Assembly: GCF_004010195.1 (NCBI RefSeq)
Contig: NC_057718.1
Location: forward strand, 76,892,079 to 76,956,078
Origin: Chiloscyllium plagiosum
Taxonomy: Eukaryota
Direction of reading: 5' to 3'
Length of the DNA: 64,000 nt
Numbering within the stretch: position 1 is the first letter of the stretch; each line of letters begins with the position of its first letter. Below the pieces are notes generated by a model, which made no database searches, was not told the DNA's origin, and saw nothing but the letters and a program-made list of their open reading frames with translations. The translations under genes were made by a program, and so were the position numbers. Positions 63,200 through 64,000 of the stretch are shown here, piece by piece.

Positions 63200-63897
63200 C
63201 ACCCCACACCGCCATCCAAGGCCCCAAAGGATCCCTCCACATCTGGCAAAGAAAACCTCATCTACTGTGTCCATTGCTCTCAATGTAGTCTCCTCTACCT
63301 TGGGAAGGCAGGACACCAACTTGCTAAACGTTTCAGAGAACATATCCAGGACACATCCACTAAACAATCCACCACTCTGTGACTGACCACTTCAACTCCC
63401 CCTCCCATTCCGCCAACGACATGCAAGTCCTGGGTCTCTTTCACTGCCAAATCCTCGCCACCCAACGACAGGAGGAAGAACATTTCATCTTCCACCTTGG
63501 GACCATCCAACCACATAGAATCAATGTCGATTTCACAGTTTCCTCATCTCACTTTCCCCCAGCTTATCCCAGATCTAACCCTCCAAATCGGCATCGCCTT
63601 CTTGAACTGTCCTACTTGTCCATCTTCGTTCCCACCTATCCACTCCACCTTCCTCTGACTTAACACCATCACCACCCAGTTTCGAATACTTATTGCATTC
63701 CTAGCTACTTTCCCTCAGCCCCACCCTGATCCATTCCTCTCTCAGCCCCCCCATAGCCACCTATCCCACATTCCTGATGAAGAGCTTATGCTTGAAACAT
63801 CGAATCTCCTGTGCCTTGGATGTTGCCTGACCGGTTGCACTTTTCCAGCACCACATTTTGACTCTGATAACCTGCATCGGCTGCCCTCACTTTCTCC
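63200..63897 (+). mobile_element. Penelope-like element 3' fragment (GIY-YIG plus pseudo-LTR)
   Basis: NLIYCVHCSQCSLLYLG and HFNSPSHSANDMQVLGL motifs. The pLTR ends CCTCACTTTCTCC. Confidence 0.9.
63770..63805 (+). ncRNA. Minimal hammerhead ribozyme motif, CpG-decayed
   Basis: AUUC-CUGAUGA-A-GAGC UUAU GCUU-GAAA-CA-UC-GAAU. The helix III palindrome is lost. Confidence 0.6.
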
Positions 63898-64000
63898 CAT
63901 ACAGACTTAGCGCTGCCTCTTTTGTCTTTCTCATTTGCCTCTACAGGAAATAAAGACACGCAATGTGGTGAACAATGTTTGTGGTATTTTGTGCTAAAAT

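Overview
Eukaryotic, repeat-rich vertebrate DNA, most likely a shark (inferred from HE1-type V-SINEs with their matching CR1/HER1 LINE tails). The only recognisable host gene is the 3' end of CEP43/FGFR1OP (4 coding exons, + strand, 5562-9955). The rest is intergenic and mostly layered transposons: many CR1 LINE fragments, HE1 SINEs, a Gmr1-type Gypsy LTR element (34841-43552, integrase upstream of RT), a Tc1/mariner-type MITE, a Tx1 fragment and a 23-bp minisatellite split by a CR1. The most striking signal is a set of about ten Penelope-like element (PLE) insertions. Their pseudo-LTRs carry minimal type I hammerhead ribozyme motifs (CUGANGA...GAAA-NN-UH). Several are short fold-back hairpins with 12-15 bp target-site duplications and breakpoints at or near the ribozyme core. 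A largely repeat-free island at about 48.5-51.5 kb holds three ROR-response-element matches and an 81-nt hairpin, in a position where CCR6 follows CEP43 in other vertebrates. There is a 509-nt assembly gap at 58021-58529. All calls were made by eye and TE boundaries are approximate unless a TSD is quoted.
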